Source: Octopus vulgaris
Taxonomy: Eukaryota
DNA: 64,000 nt
Direction of reading: 5' to 3'
NCBI GenBank assembly: GCA_951406725.2
Contig: OX597817.1
Location: forward strand, 57,350,001-57,414,000
A program made the translations under genes and the position numbers. Below the pieces are notes generated by a model. The model made no database searches. It was not told the origin of the DNA and was given only the letters and a program-made list of their open reading frames with translations. Positions 36,586 through 49,625 of the stretch are shown one piece after another. Position 1 is the stretch's first letter. Each line of letters begins with the position of its first letter.

Positions 36586-39500
36586 CAACTACCTATATAT
36601 AAAGATAAATTAAAGCTAGAGATATTCTATGGACAATCCAATAAATTATTTATATGGTATCCAACTGACGTACCAGTGAATTGGATGTTTAACACACCCG
36701 TTTGAAGGATTTCTTTTCCACAGTTTGTTACTATATATATATACATACATACATACCTACATACATACATACATACATGTGAGTGCGAGTGTGTGTAAAC
36801 ATCTGACCATAGTTGTCACTTATAAGAGAGTATGGCTTAGAGGCATTATCATGCCTGTAAAGTGTAAAGTGGTTGGTGTCAGGAAGGGTATCCAGCTGTA
36901 AACCCCTAGCCAAAACTGATCTCACATGTGCTTGTACCACGTAAAAAGCACTAAGTACACTCTGCAGAGTGGTTGGTGTTAGGAAGGTCATCCAGCTGTA
37001 AAAATCCTGTCAAAACAGTCACAGAAGCCTGGTGCAGGCTTTGGCCTAGCCGGCTCTTGTGAAACCGTCCCACCCATGCTAGCATGGAAGGCAAACATTA
37101 AACAACGATGATGATGATATATAATCATTTAATGTCCACACATACATAAGTGCACATACATAGATACATATATATATTTATACATACACACACGTATATG
37201 AACTTAACCTCATTATTATTTTACTTAGGTGGCCTTTTAAGCCAAATGGCACACATCCATATTGCTTTACCAAGATTACACACACTGACACACACATTAA
37301 CATGAACAACACCTCACCACATACACAGGCATATAAAGTACACAGCCTTAATTCTGGTGCCCTGACGAAAAATTGAACTCAACCAGAGTAGTTTATTCAT
37401 GAGATTATAGTAATACAAAGGGATTAACTCTAAAGAGATTAAGTCTTAAGGAATTAACAATCAGATTAATTCCAAAGGACAATGTGGTGACACTCTCTAA
37501 CATGGCTATTATCAGGTTAACAATGGGGTACATCCGCTATCAATAAAGTGACAGAGTTTGTGAATCAAAAGGTTAAAGGTTCAAATCAAATCCTTCCCCA
37601 GAATTATGTTATCTTTGACAAAGACACTTCATATCAAATGTCCTTGGAAGGGATTTCTTACTGCAGTCTCTGTGTTGATTTTGTTGTTGAAAACAGATGC
37701 ATTGGATGTGAAGAAGAGTCTGATCAGCGGATAATTTGCTGATTAAATCAACGTGTATTACTAGAATTTGTTTCTTTAATTCTGAAGAAACCAAAGTCTG
37801 TTACTTTAGTCAGTAATGATAATAAAAATAATAATGGTTTCAGATTTTAACACAAGGCCAGCAATTTTAGGTGTAGGAATAAATTGATGACACTGACCCC
37901 ATTGTTCAAGCAGTACTTTATTTTACTGACCCCAAAAGGGCAAAAGGCAAAGTTATCCTTGGCACAATTTGAACTCAGAACTTAAAAAGCTAGAAACTAA
38001 TGCCACAAAACATTTCTTCCAACATGCTAACAGTTCTGTTAAATAATAATAAATTTTTTTTTAAAGGAACCAAAGCCAGCAGTTTTGGAGGGGAGGGTGG
38101 CACGTAAAAAGCACCCACTACACTCTTGGAGTGGTTGGCATTGGAAAGGGCATCCAACTGTAGAAATCTTGCCAGATCAGACTGGAGCTTTGTGCAGCCT
38201 CCTGGCTTGCCAGTCCTCAGTCAAACTGTCCAACCCATGCCAGCATGCAAAGCGGACATTAAACAATGATGATGATAATGAAGGGGTTAGTTGATTACAT
38301 CAACTTCAGTGCTCGACAAGTACTTTATTTTATGAACCCAAGGGGTTAAGCTGGCAGGATCGTTAGCATGCTGGGTAAATTGCTGAGCTGTATTTTGTCT
38401 GTTGTTACATTCTGAGTTCCAGCTCTGCCATGGTTAATTTGACCTTTCATCCTTTCGATAAAGGTACCAGTTGAGTACTGAGGGGTCAATGTAATTGACT
38501 TAACGACTTCTAAGTAACAGTATGAAAGCTTCTGCCAAGCCATACTGAGCCAGTGTGGATGAGTAGGCTTACCAAACCAGTGTGATCTCAAGCTCAAATT
38601 CAGGGCCTCCTCATCAGACCATGGTTGGAGGAGAGAACATGCTGAGGCCTTCGTCCTGCAGTGGACTGGACGTAGACAATCCAATCCGAGAGGAATGAAA
38701 GACAAAGCTGACCTTGGTAGAGACTGAGCTCTGAAGCACACACACACACACAAAACACAAGGCATTTTGTCTCATAGTCTAATAATTCTGCTAAACTATT
38801 TCTTTAGAAAAAAAAAAAAAAAAATTTTTTTCTGATTGAGGTAAAAGGTCAATAATTTTGGGGGGAGGGGTTAGTCAGTTACAATAACCCCAGCATATGA
38901 CTGGTATTTTCTTTCACTGGCCCTGAAAGGGTGGAAAATGAAGTTGAACATGACTGCATTTGAACTCAGAATATTGAAGGCGGAACCAGAAGAACAGAGA
39001 GCATGATATGGAATCATGGACAGTTGCTTGTTTGAAATTGCTGTTACAGCACTAAATATGGGAATTCCTTGACAAAGCAAAGGAAGGCGGCATCGACTGA
39101 AAATTGAAACTGGATCACAGAGTTAGTTTGGGTATGGAATTTATCAACTCCCCATCACCCCGTTCCCCTCCGCAGTGTACCTGCCGGTTTTACTACTGAA
39201 ATATCAACATTGGAACTGCATCCGGCAGGCAAACTTTTCTTGAAAATCTCATCTAAACATCATTGCAGACCCCCGCCCCCAAACCCCCATCTCCACTAAC
39301 AACATAATTATTATTATTATCATCAATGCTACACTCACCGTTATTATTGTTATTATTATTATTATTCCAACTAGCATCACAGCTACTGCCATCATTCTCA
39401 CAATCACCACCACCACCACCACCATCATCATCATGACTACCTCTCCCAAACTATTACTGCTGGCACTCATTGCTACCATTGCAACTGCCACGACTATCAT

Positions 39501-40830
39501 CTTGCTAGAAATAGCAGTCAGATACCCTTCATATCACACCTAATGTCTTAGATAACGAAAGGATACATTAGCTAATGTAGCCATCCTACACAGTTTTAAT
39601 GCAAATAGACAAGATGGTCACTAATGGAAAGACTCTGATCATAGCTTTGCTTTATCACAGTTGACTGGAGCGCAACAACCAACACCAATTGGCCCGAAAT
39701 TTTTAGGGAGTTGGGGGTGGGGGGTGGAGTCGATTAGATCAACCACAGTACACAGCTGGTACTTAATTTATCGACCCCGAAAGGATGAAAAGCAAAGTCA
39801 ACCTTGGTGGAATTTGAACTCAGAATGTAGCAGCAGACGAAATACCGCTAAGCATTTCGCCTGGTGTGCTACTGTTTCTGCCAGCTCAATGCCTTAACCA
39901 ACTCCAATATTCAAACATTATTTATCTACCTTCTTTCATTAGCACTCAATAACCTTACACTCCCCCACACTGCCCCCCACTACTCCCTCCCCTGCAGTTT
40001 TACCTTATTTCCCTTCACCACCTTTTCATCCACCACCACCACCACCACCACTGCCGTCCCTTTCCAAACCTTTAAATACACCACACGTGCCTTTCTTCCT
40101 CCCATTTCTATCATTCTCTCCTTCAATGTTAAGACATTGAGGGAACACATGCACCTAAGTACACGGTCAACCGATGGTGGTGGCGGCGGCGGGTGGGGTG
40201 TTGTGGGTGGGAGATATTTCTGGAAAGACAAGCTGTCTTAGCTCTCTCCATTAGAGCTGCAGTATATCGCATCTCTGTGGCCACCACCACCACCACCACC
40301 CCCAATCTTCAGTTTAACAAATAACTTAGACTTAGCCTCTACCACCACTCCAACCCCAGAGACACACCCAGCACAGACTTCCATCCATCAACCCACCCAC
40401 ACAAACACTTAAATACAGTTCTACAAACACAATCCCACCCACATACCAGCATGCGCAACTGTACTAACAAACACGCCTTTGTAAACACACATGGACACAC
40501 CCTGACACACACACACACACACACACACACAAAGCAGCACATATATAAACATGGCTACCGCCTCACCCATGGCTAAATGGCACCTAATCTCACAGACAAA
40601 TCATAAGTAAACCGATAGAAACAATTCCATTTAGACACACATAACCATATCAAACGACACATATTATACTTATCACACACATACAGTGACAAATATGTGC
40701 ACACACACACACACACCCACCTTTTTTGCAATCATGAAATTATTTTCACAATGGACTTCCAAGAAGTCTCAAGAATGTGGTTTTATGTGAAAACAATGTC
40801 AATCGAGAGAACAAACCAAGCCATGTTCAA

Positions 40831-41651
40831 CCCTTTAGTATTAGCATTAATCTGTCGAATGCTGGGCGAAATGCTTAGCGGTATTTCCTCTGCTGCTACG
40901 TTTTGAGTTCAAATTCCGCCAAGGTCAACTTTGCCTTTCATCCTTTCGGGGTCGATTAAATAAGTACCAGTTACGCACTGGGGTCAATATAATCGACTTA
41001 ATCAGTTTGTCTGTCCTTGTTTGTCCCCTCTACATTTAGCCTCTTGTGAGCAGTAAAGAAATAGGTATTTCCTCTTTTTGAGTTCAAATACTGCCAAGGT
41101 CAACTTTGCCTTTCATCCTTTTGGGGTCGATAAATTAAGTACCAGTTGCGTACTGGAGTCGATCTAATCGACTGGCACCCTCCCCCAATATTTCAGGCCT
41201 TGTACCTAGAGTAGAAAAGAATATATTTAGTGTCAAGGCAGTGAGCTGGCAGAAATGTTAGCACCCCAGGCGAAATGCTTAGCGGTATTTCATCTGTCTT
41301 TACGTTCTGAGTTCAAATTCCACTGATGTCAACTTTGCCTTTTATCCTTCCAGGGTTGATCAATTAAGTACCAGTTGTGTACTGGGGTAAATCTAATCGA
41401 CTGGCCCCCTCCCCCAAAATTTCGGGCCTTGTGCCTAGAGTAGGAAAGATTATTCTGTTGAATGTAATGCTTGTTTATTCTCATAGTTTTGAAATACTCA
41501 TGCATTATCTTGTAGTTTCGAGATTTTGATGAGGTGCCTGTTAATTCTTTGAATATTGTAGGGTTGATGTGAGAAGCCAGATTTGGCCAGTTTCAAACAT
41601 AAAACCGCTAAAATACTTTGGCTGGATATGGCCAGTTTAAATGCCAAAGAG
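40831..41651. mobile_element. Second TTAA-type MITE family interrupted by a SINE-B trimer (40862-41448)
   Basis: CCCTTTAG left end, CCAAAGAG-TTAA right end; 16-bp near-duplication ATTAATCTGTCGAATG / ATTATTCTGTTGAATG around the SINE trimer. Confidence 0.65.
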
Positions 41652-42021
41652 TTAAAGTATTGGTCTTTCATCAGAGTTTCTGTTATTAAATGACCAGGGA
41701 GAGAAAGTGAGAGACTATCAATCCCACCACCACCACCACCATTAGCAGGTGTCTTGCTGAAGAGGTGAACATATGGCTTGTCCACAATTGACCTGAAACC
41801 TGACACAGAACCATTATTTAGTTCCTGGCCTGAAGATGCCATACACGTTCATGTCATGGCCTCTCTGGTACCAAAAGGAAAAGAAAGAAGCACTAAAAAG
41901 TGATGGTCAGAAGAAAGGGTATGTTTGGTGCTAAACAACGCAGGAATATTAAGAGAGAAAAAGGACACCATTTATTGACCTCTACCATATGAGATAGCTG
42001 AATGGACAAACATTTAGGGAG

Positions 42022-42455
42022 TCATCATCATCATTGTTCGACCATGGTCGAGACAATGGAATTTACTATGTTATGCCAGACTTCACGGTCCATCATAGCA
42101 TTACGGAAGTCCTGTTGCTGGATGCCTGTATCCGTGGAGATTACATCAGGGTAGGAGAGTGTGCGTCCTCTGGTATCGCGAGTAAATGGCTTCCAGAGGA
42201 GAAGAGTAGAAATTACCTCGTTTTCAGCTCTACAACAATGTCCAGTAAACTGGACTCTTCTACCTTTCACAAGAGATGATACAGGTGGTAATTTCCCATA
42301 TATTTGTATTTGGTTGGATGCCGTTTCCACGAGAGATTTTGAGTTCTCATAAGGAGGCGAGTGTAAGTTCCATCCAACCGCCTCTCAAGCTTCTTTGATA
42401 ACGTCCAGGTTTCTGAGCCACATAGTAGAACTGGTTCGACTGTGACTTTGAAGAG
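42022..42455 (-). mobile_element. RTE-type LINE 3' end with (TGA)n tail
   Basis: Minus translations LFKVTVEPVLLCGSETWTL, RRVQFTGHCCRA and DREVW, typical RTE C-terminal motifs. Confidence 0.85.
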
Positions 42456-44784
42456 TCCTTCATAAACAAAAATCTTGTATGTAACCCATATGAAATGGGA
42501 CCTTACTTAGTACTTGAACTTTTGGCAGCATTCACCTGGGATGGCTCCAATCAACAAGTTCATCATGTATCTCATGAATGCTGACCACATCTGATGAATT
42601 CGACAAATGCCTCTAGGAGAGCAGGTGCCTCAGATTGCACAGGTGCTGTAGCTGTAGTCATTTGCTGTCGAGGTATAGAGTTCATGTTTGGAGTGTCAGT
42701 GGGAATACAATTTCACATGTAGTCCCCAGTCACGTGCTTACACACTTTTGGGATAATGTGATTTTGCTGCCAATTGTTGACCACTGCAGAGTATTCACTA
42801 ACCAAGTCACTAACCAAATCAGAACACACAGAGCCTGGGTTTGAAACAGGTTCTAGAGACAAGCTTTAACAAGATCTAAGAGGTGCCCCATTCCTAGTGG
42901 GGACACCAATTGGGATTTCTGGGAGCCTGTGCTTCTTACCTAGTAACATACACTCTACAGGGTTCCTGCTGTCAGATCTTGCCCTACTTTCTCAGATATT
43001 GATCCTGGAAGGAGAATACATCAATCTTCTGTAGAATCTACAAAGAAACGCAATATGGTACCAACTCTAGACACCCCTACAGTCCTATTTAGGGAGCTGA
43101 CGGTAACAAGACAGAAACCCTTACCAATGCTATATTCAAATGAATACTGAACACAACTGGTCAGCACCACCATCACCCCACCCACTCCCCGAACTGCTCT
43201 AACTACACTGTCACTACACAGCAGACCATGCAGATCCACTGCTAACTGCTACTGGTGCTGCTGCTGCTGCCGTCAATCCCAGTTTTTCTCAGGTTCCAGC
43301 ATGGTTCCCTCCCCACCTTCCTTACATCAGGTTCATTGAGCAAGGATGGTAATGATGCATCCATTTCTTGGTTCATTCCATTCCAGAGATAAAAACGAAG
43401 ATAAAAAAAATATCGATATAAATAAAGGAGAGCAACCCATCAAATGATGATGATGACGATGATGATGATAAACTACAATTCCCTCCCCCCTGCCTTCACC
43501 AGCCAAAACAGTAACAAATATTAGAAAGTAAACAGAACAAAATACCACATTAGTTCCAGCATGCACACACACACACTGAGAAAATAATTAGAAAAAGGAG
43601 TGTATCATTACCATTATTATTATTATATAAGAGCAGGGTTATAAAACATCATCTAATGTATTTGGAGCCTCCCACTGCTACACTATCTCACACACATAGA
43701 GTAGCCCAAACGTAATATATAATTATGTAAAGACTGTTACGTATATTATATAATGATATTATATACAGATGCGTATATACATTCAATTAAATTGTCTTAC
43801 TTAAAAAAATAACATATGTTGCACCAAACCAAAGAATACATTAGATTTAATTACAAACTGAAAATAATTCCAAAACAAGAGAACCATATTTGAAATTACA
43901 AAAACAATGCTAACAAGCACCAATAATGAGATGTTTGTATGGCTGTTCAGCCTCTCGAAAACAGCAGGTAAATCTCTGTCCCTAGTTTCTGGAGAAAAGG
44001 CCATGTTGGATAATGTAATGTGAAAATCCATCTGTAAAGACAGGATGGTCACAGGTGGAATGTCTTTGATTATTGGTCTGCTTGACTGGCACTAAACAGC
44101 ATTGAGCTCCACCAGAACTCATAAGAGTAAAGTCATAACCACACCTTGGAATCAACTGGTCTTACATGGGATCTTATACAGAGCCACATATTTAGAACAT
44201 CTGAGTTTACAAGTTAGCCACAAGCTGATGTCAGAACATCTGTTGCCATTAATGGAAAATGTACAAGTTTTAGCAAACAACAAACAAAGCCTCTCCAAAG
44301 TAGGTCACCACAATATATCTCTCAAGTACATTGAAATATTTCTAGATAAGAAAAAATGATTTAGAAAGAAACACAAATTATTTGGAGACATCTGGTTGTT
44401 ATTGTATAATTCTGGGTCAACTCAGATCTTACTGACCTATGGTCACTGCCCAGAACTCTTTTGATTCCACCAACCACGTCTACAAGTATTCTCATCTCTA
44501 ATGCCTTTACTGGAAGAGGTTGTGATATTCTGAGATGCGCTCTGGATGTTATAGATAGAGAGTCACCTCCCTTGCCAGACATTGCAAACAGCACATGACA
44601 TGAACGAGGGGTGGAGTGGGGGTTATAAATGGTGGTCTTCTGAAATGCTTTGGGGAAGAACCTCTGCTGTAAGGTTCCCTGTAGTACAGCAGTATTCAGA
44701 CATTGACACGTGACATTCATTTTGGTGTCCCTTCTATGAACGATAATTTCCCTGATACCAATTTACTCCATTATTAGTCGTTAG

Positions 44785-45085
44785 TGGAGGCACATGGCCT
44801 AGTGGTTACAGCAGTGGACTCGTGGTCGAGGGATCGTGGGTTTGAATCTCAGACCGGGCGATGTGTGTGTGTTTATGAGTGAAACACCTAAGCTCCACGC
44901 GACTCCGGCAGAAGGTAATGGCGAACTTCTGCTGACCCTTTTGCCACAACTTCCTCTCACTCTTTCCTCCTGCATCTTGTAGCTCACCTGCAATGGACTG
45001 GAGTCCCATCCAGGTGGGGAAACTATATGCCAAGGAAACCAGGAAACTGGCCCTATGAGCCAGGCATGGCTCAAGAAGGAACAAA
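44785..45085 (+). mobile_element. tRNA-derived SINE with a Meta/V-SINE-like central domain
   Basis: TGGCCTAGTGG A box, GGTTTGAATCTC B box; CCTGCAATGGACTGGAGTCCCATCCAGG resembles the conserved Meta/V domain. Confidence 0.7.
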
Positions 45086-46342
45086 AATCATTACTCGTTG
45101 AGGTGAATCCACTTCCACCAGCCAAGAAGACATTCCAAAGACCACCTGATAACAGCCATCCCCAGGAACACATTTAATCAATGTCTTCGTTCTCTTTCTA
45201 CTCACTGACTAACAATATGGTTTCTGAAAGGCAAAAAACCATATTGAAGTTGAGAGATTGTGGCCCCTAACAGATATTAAGATATTGTGTGAATCAGATG
45301 GGGTTCCTTGAGGCAGATGTTCTACAACTAGATTCCCTTTCTATATTGCTAACCCACACCTATTTCCAAGCTCAGTAATATCTCGCCCATGACCAGACAT
45401 GTTTTTGGAGAATACTGGAAATGAATGACACTGCTTGTATGACAGTGACATTCCTTTACAGCTATCACACGATGTCAAGACAAGGAGACACAAACATAAC
45501 ACTCTATCACACACACAGACATATATATATAAATATACATACATGAAGGACTTCTTACAGTTTCCATCCACCAAATCCACTCACAAGACTTTGGTTGGCC
45601 CAGGACTATAATAGAAGACACTTGTCCAAGGTTCCACACAGTGGGACTGAACCAAAAGTTATGTGGCTAGGAAGAAAACTTCTTAACCACACAGCCACCT
45701 CTGAGCCCATTACAATAACCTACCCCACCTCCATATATCTCACCAGGATGCTACAACCTGCATCATCTCATTACAAAACTGTTACTCCTGATATTTCCCA
45801 GCAGCATTATCAACATTTGATATTTCACCAAAGTACCACCACCCAATTGTATAACCCCAAACTTAATTAATCAAGAAATGATAATTGGGGAGGCACATAC
45901 CCTAACACTTCTGTCACTATGGTGACACAAACACTACAAGGTAAAACATGGAAACCTTGTAATACCCCCACTCCTAAGAGGTGGTAGATCAGCTCTGGTC
46001 ACATGAACTTATGATGAGAGGCAAATCTCCCCCTGGATATGGTACCAAAGTTAATATGTAGAGTTAATATATATATATATATATATATCATCATCAAAAT
46101 GGGACAAGAACGGAAAACATCCAGAAAACGATACAAAAAACACGGACGGGTCATTCGAAGCCTTTAATCTTCAGTCAAGAACTGGATCATCCTCGCAATT
46201 TCAGCTGATTAATCTTGAGATTGCTCCAATCTGGCCAGCCCCAAGGAAAAACTAAGCTAAGCGCATTAGATTCCTTGGAAAAAAACTTCGAATGTATACA
46301 AAACAAGGACGGAAAAATGGATGATGTGACACACACACACAC

Positions 46343-46410
<68 letters not shown>

Positions 46411-47356
46411 TGTTCTGCTTTGAAATAAAGCAAAATGCCTGCAGAAGGTGTGGACTTATGACCTACAAAGCATGTAATTCAAACACACACTCTATTATTT
46501 ATTCAGCCTTATTGCCTGGACACAAACCTGATAATGGAGAGACAAGGAACTGTCCTTATATTGTTACACAGAAACTAACAATAAGATGGAAGAGAAAGAA
46601 GATTAAAAAACAACCAGAGATTAATCTGATTGATGATTTCAACAGGATGAGGTACTGGAGAGGAAAAGAGAGATAGGGAAATAGATAGAACATACATATA
46701 TATATATAAAAGAGATAGAGAGAGGAGAGAGGGGAGATGAAAGACAGCAAAGCTCAATGGAAGATGTAAGTTTGTGGTGGCACTGTGCCAGGATAGATTG
46801 GTTGTAAGAGTGTGTTAAGAAAAGAGAGAAGTGTTTGTTATTTACACAAGTGAACAAGTGTGTTGGGTGTTGAGAAAGAGAAGAGTTGACATGGATGGTG
46901 ATGTGTGTGCCAATATTGCAGATTCTGTGAGTGTAAAGGGAAATAATTGAATGTAAGGAAGAAGGAGATGATACGGACAGTGACAGGGTGGCTGTGGGGT
47001 TAAGATGGCTGCTTCTTAACCACAGTGCTTCATATTCAGTACCCTGGGCAAGTGCCTTCTACCATGGTTCCAGGTGGACCAAAGCCTTGTGAGTGGATTT
47101 GGTAGATGGAAACCAGAAGAAGCTTGTGTATGTGTGTAGCCTAAGCAGAAGGCCTTAAAATGAATCTCATGGAAACAAAATATCTGCAGTTGGAAAATGA
47201 GCCCCGAGTGCTTGCTGGCTGGCAGCGGCCTATTCTGCTTCTTGCTCCTTGCGTGGTGGTGAATATGTGCTGGGATAGGAAAAGCTGAAATCTCAAATAG
47301 AACGAGAATGTGCTCAAAACAAAGACAGACAATACCAGGTGTACCAGGCTCTTTAA

Positions 47357-47815
47357 CCCTTCTGTTACCAAATTCCTGTTGAGATGCTCTGTTTCTTTCA
47401 ATTAATTTTAAATATAACAAAGAATTTAGTAAAATAACTTAGTTATCATGAAGCTGGTGTTAGGAACATAAATTGTGACTAAGGTTTGGTGGAAGATTTT
47501 AATTCAGAACTTTTGAAAACAACACATTGGTACTACAGAGCCAGAGGCAGTTTCGGCTGGGTTGGTAACAAAAGGGTTAAGAATTGTTTCTCTTTTATAT
47601 ATTTTAACCCTTTTGCTACCATATTTCTGTTGAGATGCTCTGTTTCTTTCGATTAATTTAAGATCTAACAAAGAATTTGGTAAAATAACTTAGTTATCAT
47701 TAAGCTAGTGTTAGGAACATAAATTGTGACTAAGGTTTTAATTCAGAACTTTTGAAAACAAGACATTTGTACTACAGAGCCAGAGCTGGTTTCAGCCAGG
47801 TTTGTATTGAAAGGG
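47357..47815. mobile_element. Head-to-tail dimer of the TTAA MITE with a 23-bp spacer
   Basis: Copies 47357-47576 and 47608-47815; TTAA at 47353-56, 47577-80, 47604-07 and 47816-19. Confidence 0.85.
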
Positions 47816-47879
47816 TTAATAGCAGTTTTCTACTTGCATTTTAATTGATATGTAAGTAAGATGTGGGCTACTACAAAGA

Positions 47880-48235
47880 GGATAGAACATCAATCGACTA
47901 CAACACAAAGGGCCATGGAAGGGTCCATGACTGGAATTTCCTTATAAGAGCATATTGAAAATGAGATAATTCGAGAATGGGGTTGAGTGCAAGATGTGAG
48001 TGCAGAATACCAAAAGCCACTGGGCTGGACATGTCACAAGTCTCACAGACAACAGGTGGACCCTACCCCCACCAGTTGCCAAATGGCATCCAAGAGATTA
48101 GGAAAGGCAACTAGGAAGGTCTCCACAATGATGGTGGTGGGAAGACGATTTAGTTAAGCGATTTGGTTCAAGATGGAAAAGAATGGTACAATCAAGACAG
48201 AATTGGAAGCGCATTGTGACCAGCAGTGTTTAACA
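47880..48235 (+). mobile_element. Decayed RTE-type LINE 3' fragment
   Basis: HWAGHVTSLTDNRWT..W.PRD..R..GR..WEDD..W..QSRQNWK motifs with frameshifts. Confidence 0.7.
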
Positions 48236-48719
48236 GCATCTGATGGTCTTCTTGGTTAATACTGTGACTTAAATATGTATGTAATGTAATTACACACACA
48301 CACATGTATGAGAGTGCGTGAGTGTGCTGTCTCCTTCTCTTGACATCACATTATAGTTGTGATGCAAGTGGAGTCCATTTCTAATTTTCTGTGCATACAT
48401 GTCTGGTAATAGGGAAATATTACCTTATTTGGAAACAGGTAAAGGTAGGCAACAGGTGTAGAGTCGTGGGAAAGCTGTTGGTATTACAGGTGAGACATTT
48501 GAAATGTCATTTGGTATATGTACAAGAGAGACATGATGAGTTTGTAACGAAGGATAAGAGTTGAGTAAAGATGGGGGAACATAGGTGCAGTTGAGCTAGG
48601 TCAATGAAGACACGTACATATATGTATATATATATACATATAAATATGTATATATATTACAAATATAAATAGGTACATGTATACATATAATGCACACACA
48701 AATATATCTATATAATATA

Positions 48720-48881
48720 GGTGTAGGAGTGGCTGTGTGGTAAGTAACTTGCTTACCAACCACATGGTTCCGGGTTCAGTCCCACTGTGTGGCACCTTGG
48801 GCAAGTGTCTTCTACTATAGCCTCACACCGACCAAAGCCTTGTGAATGGATTTGGTAGATGGAAACTGAAAGAAGCCCATT

Positions 48882-48922
<41 letters not shown>

Positions 48923-49112
48923 CTCCACAACATCACTTGACAACCGATGCTGGTGTGATTATGTCCCCGTAACTTAGCGGTTCGGAAAAAGGAACCGACA
49001 GAATAAGTACTAGGCTAACTAAGAATAAGTCCTGGGGTTGATTTGCTCGACTAAAGGTGGTGCTCCAGCATGGCCACAGTCACATGGCTGAAACAAGTAA
49101 AAGAACAAAAGA
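48720..49112 (+). mobile_element. tRNA-derived SINE, family A
   Basis: Near-identical organisation to 24635-25048. Confidence 0.85.
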
Positions 49113-49472
49113 ATACATATACATCGACACACACACACACACACACACACGTGTATATCAATATGAATATATGTATATAAACACACACACACACAAATGT
49201 ATGCGTTGCATTATCAATTTGGATGACTCACGGCTTATTTCCTTGGCTTGAAAGGACAGACAGGCAGAAATAATAGAAACAAGAGGAAAGAGACAGGATG
49301 GGGGTGGGTGGGGTGGGGGAGTTGTGCAATACTGCAGTGTTGTGTGGAGGAGGAGGGTGGGAAGGAAGTGGAGATAAACTGGCAGAACACTTGGTGTAGA
49401 GACATGAAGAGAATGGTTGATCAATAAGAGAAGGTAGACCAACGCTGGAGGGATTGGGGAGCTGTGAGAGAA

Positions 49473-49625
49473 TCATCATCAGCATCATCATCACCACCAC
49501 CACCACCACCACCACCATCATCACCACCACCACCATCATCATCACCACCACCACCACCACCACTCATCATCATCATCATCACCACCACCACAACCACCAT
49601 CATCATCATCATCAGCAGCAGCATT
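49473..49625. repeat. (CAC/CAT)n microsatellite
   Basis: Directly visible. Confidence 0.95.

Noticed and set aside
41498-41842. ORF MASSGQELNNGSVSGFR.. as a possible extra exon or nested gene
   Set aside because: No homology recognised, no convincing donor, and it runs into a MITE.
43095-43145. SIGK followed by GT-like sequence as a candidate for the CIGK exon
   Set aside because: The true exon (..WSILKQCIGK) is at 63650-63725.
46100-46330. Minus-strand GAAA and CTGAAGA motifs with short inverted repeats as another hammerhead
   Set aside because: A consistent three-helix fold could not be built; probably a repeat fragment.
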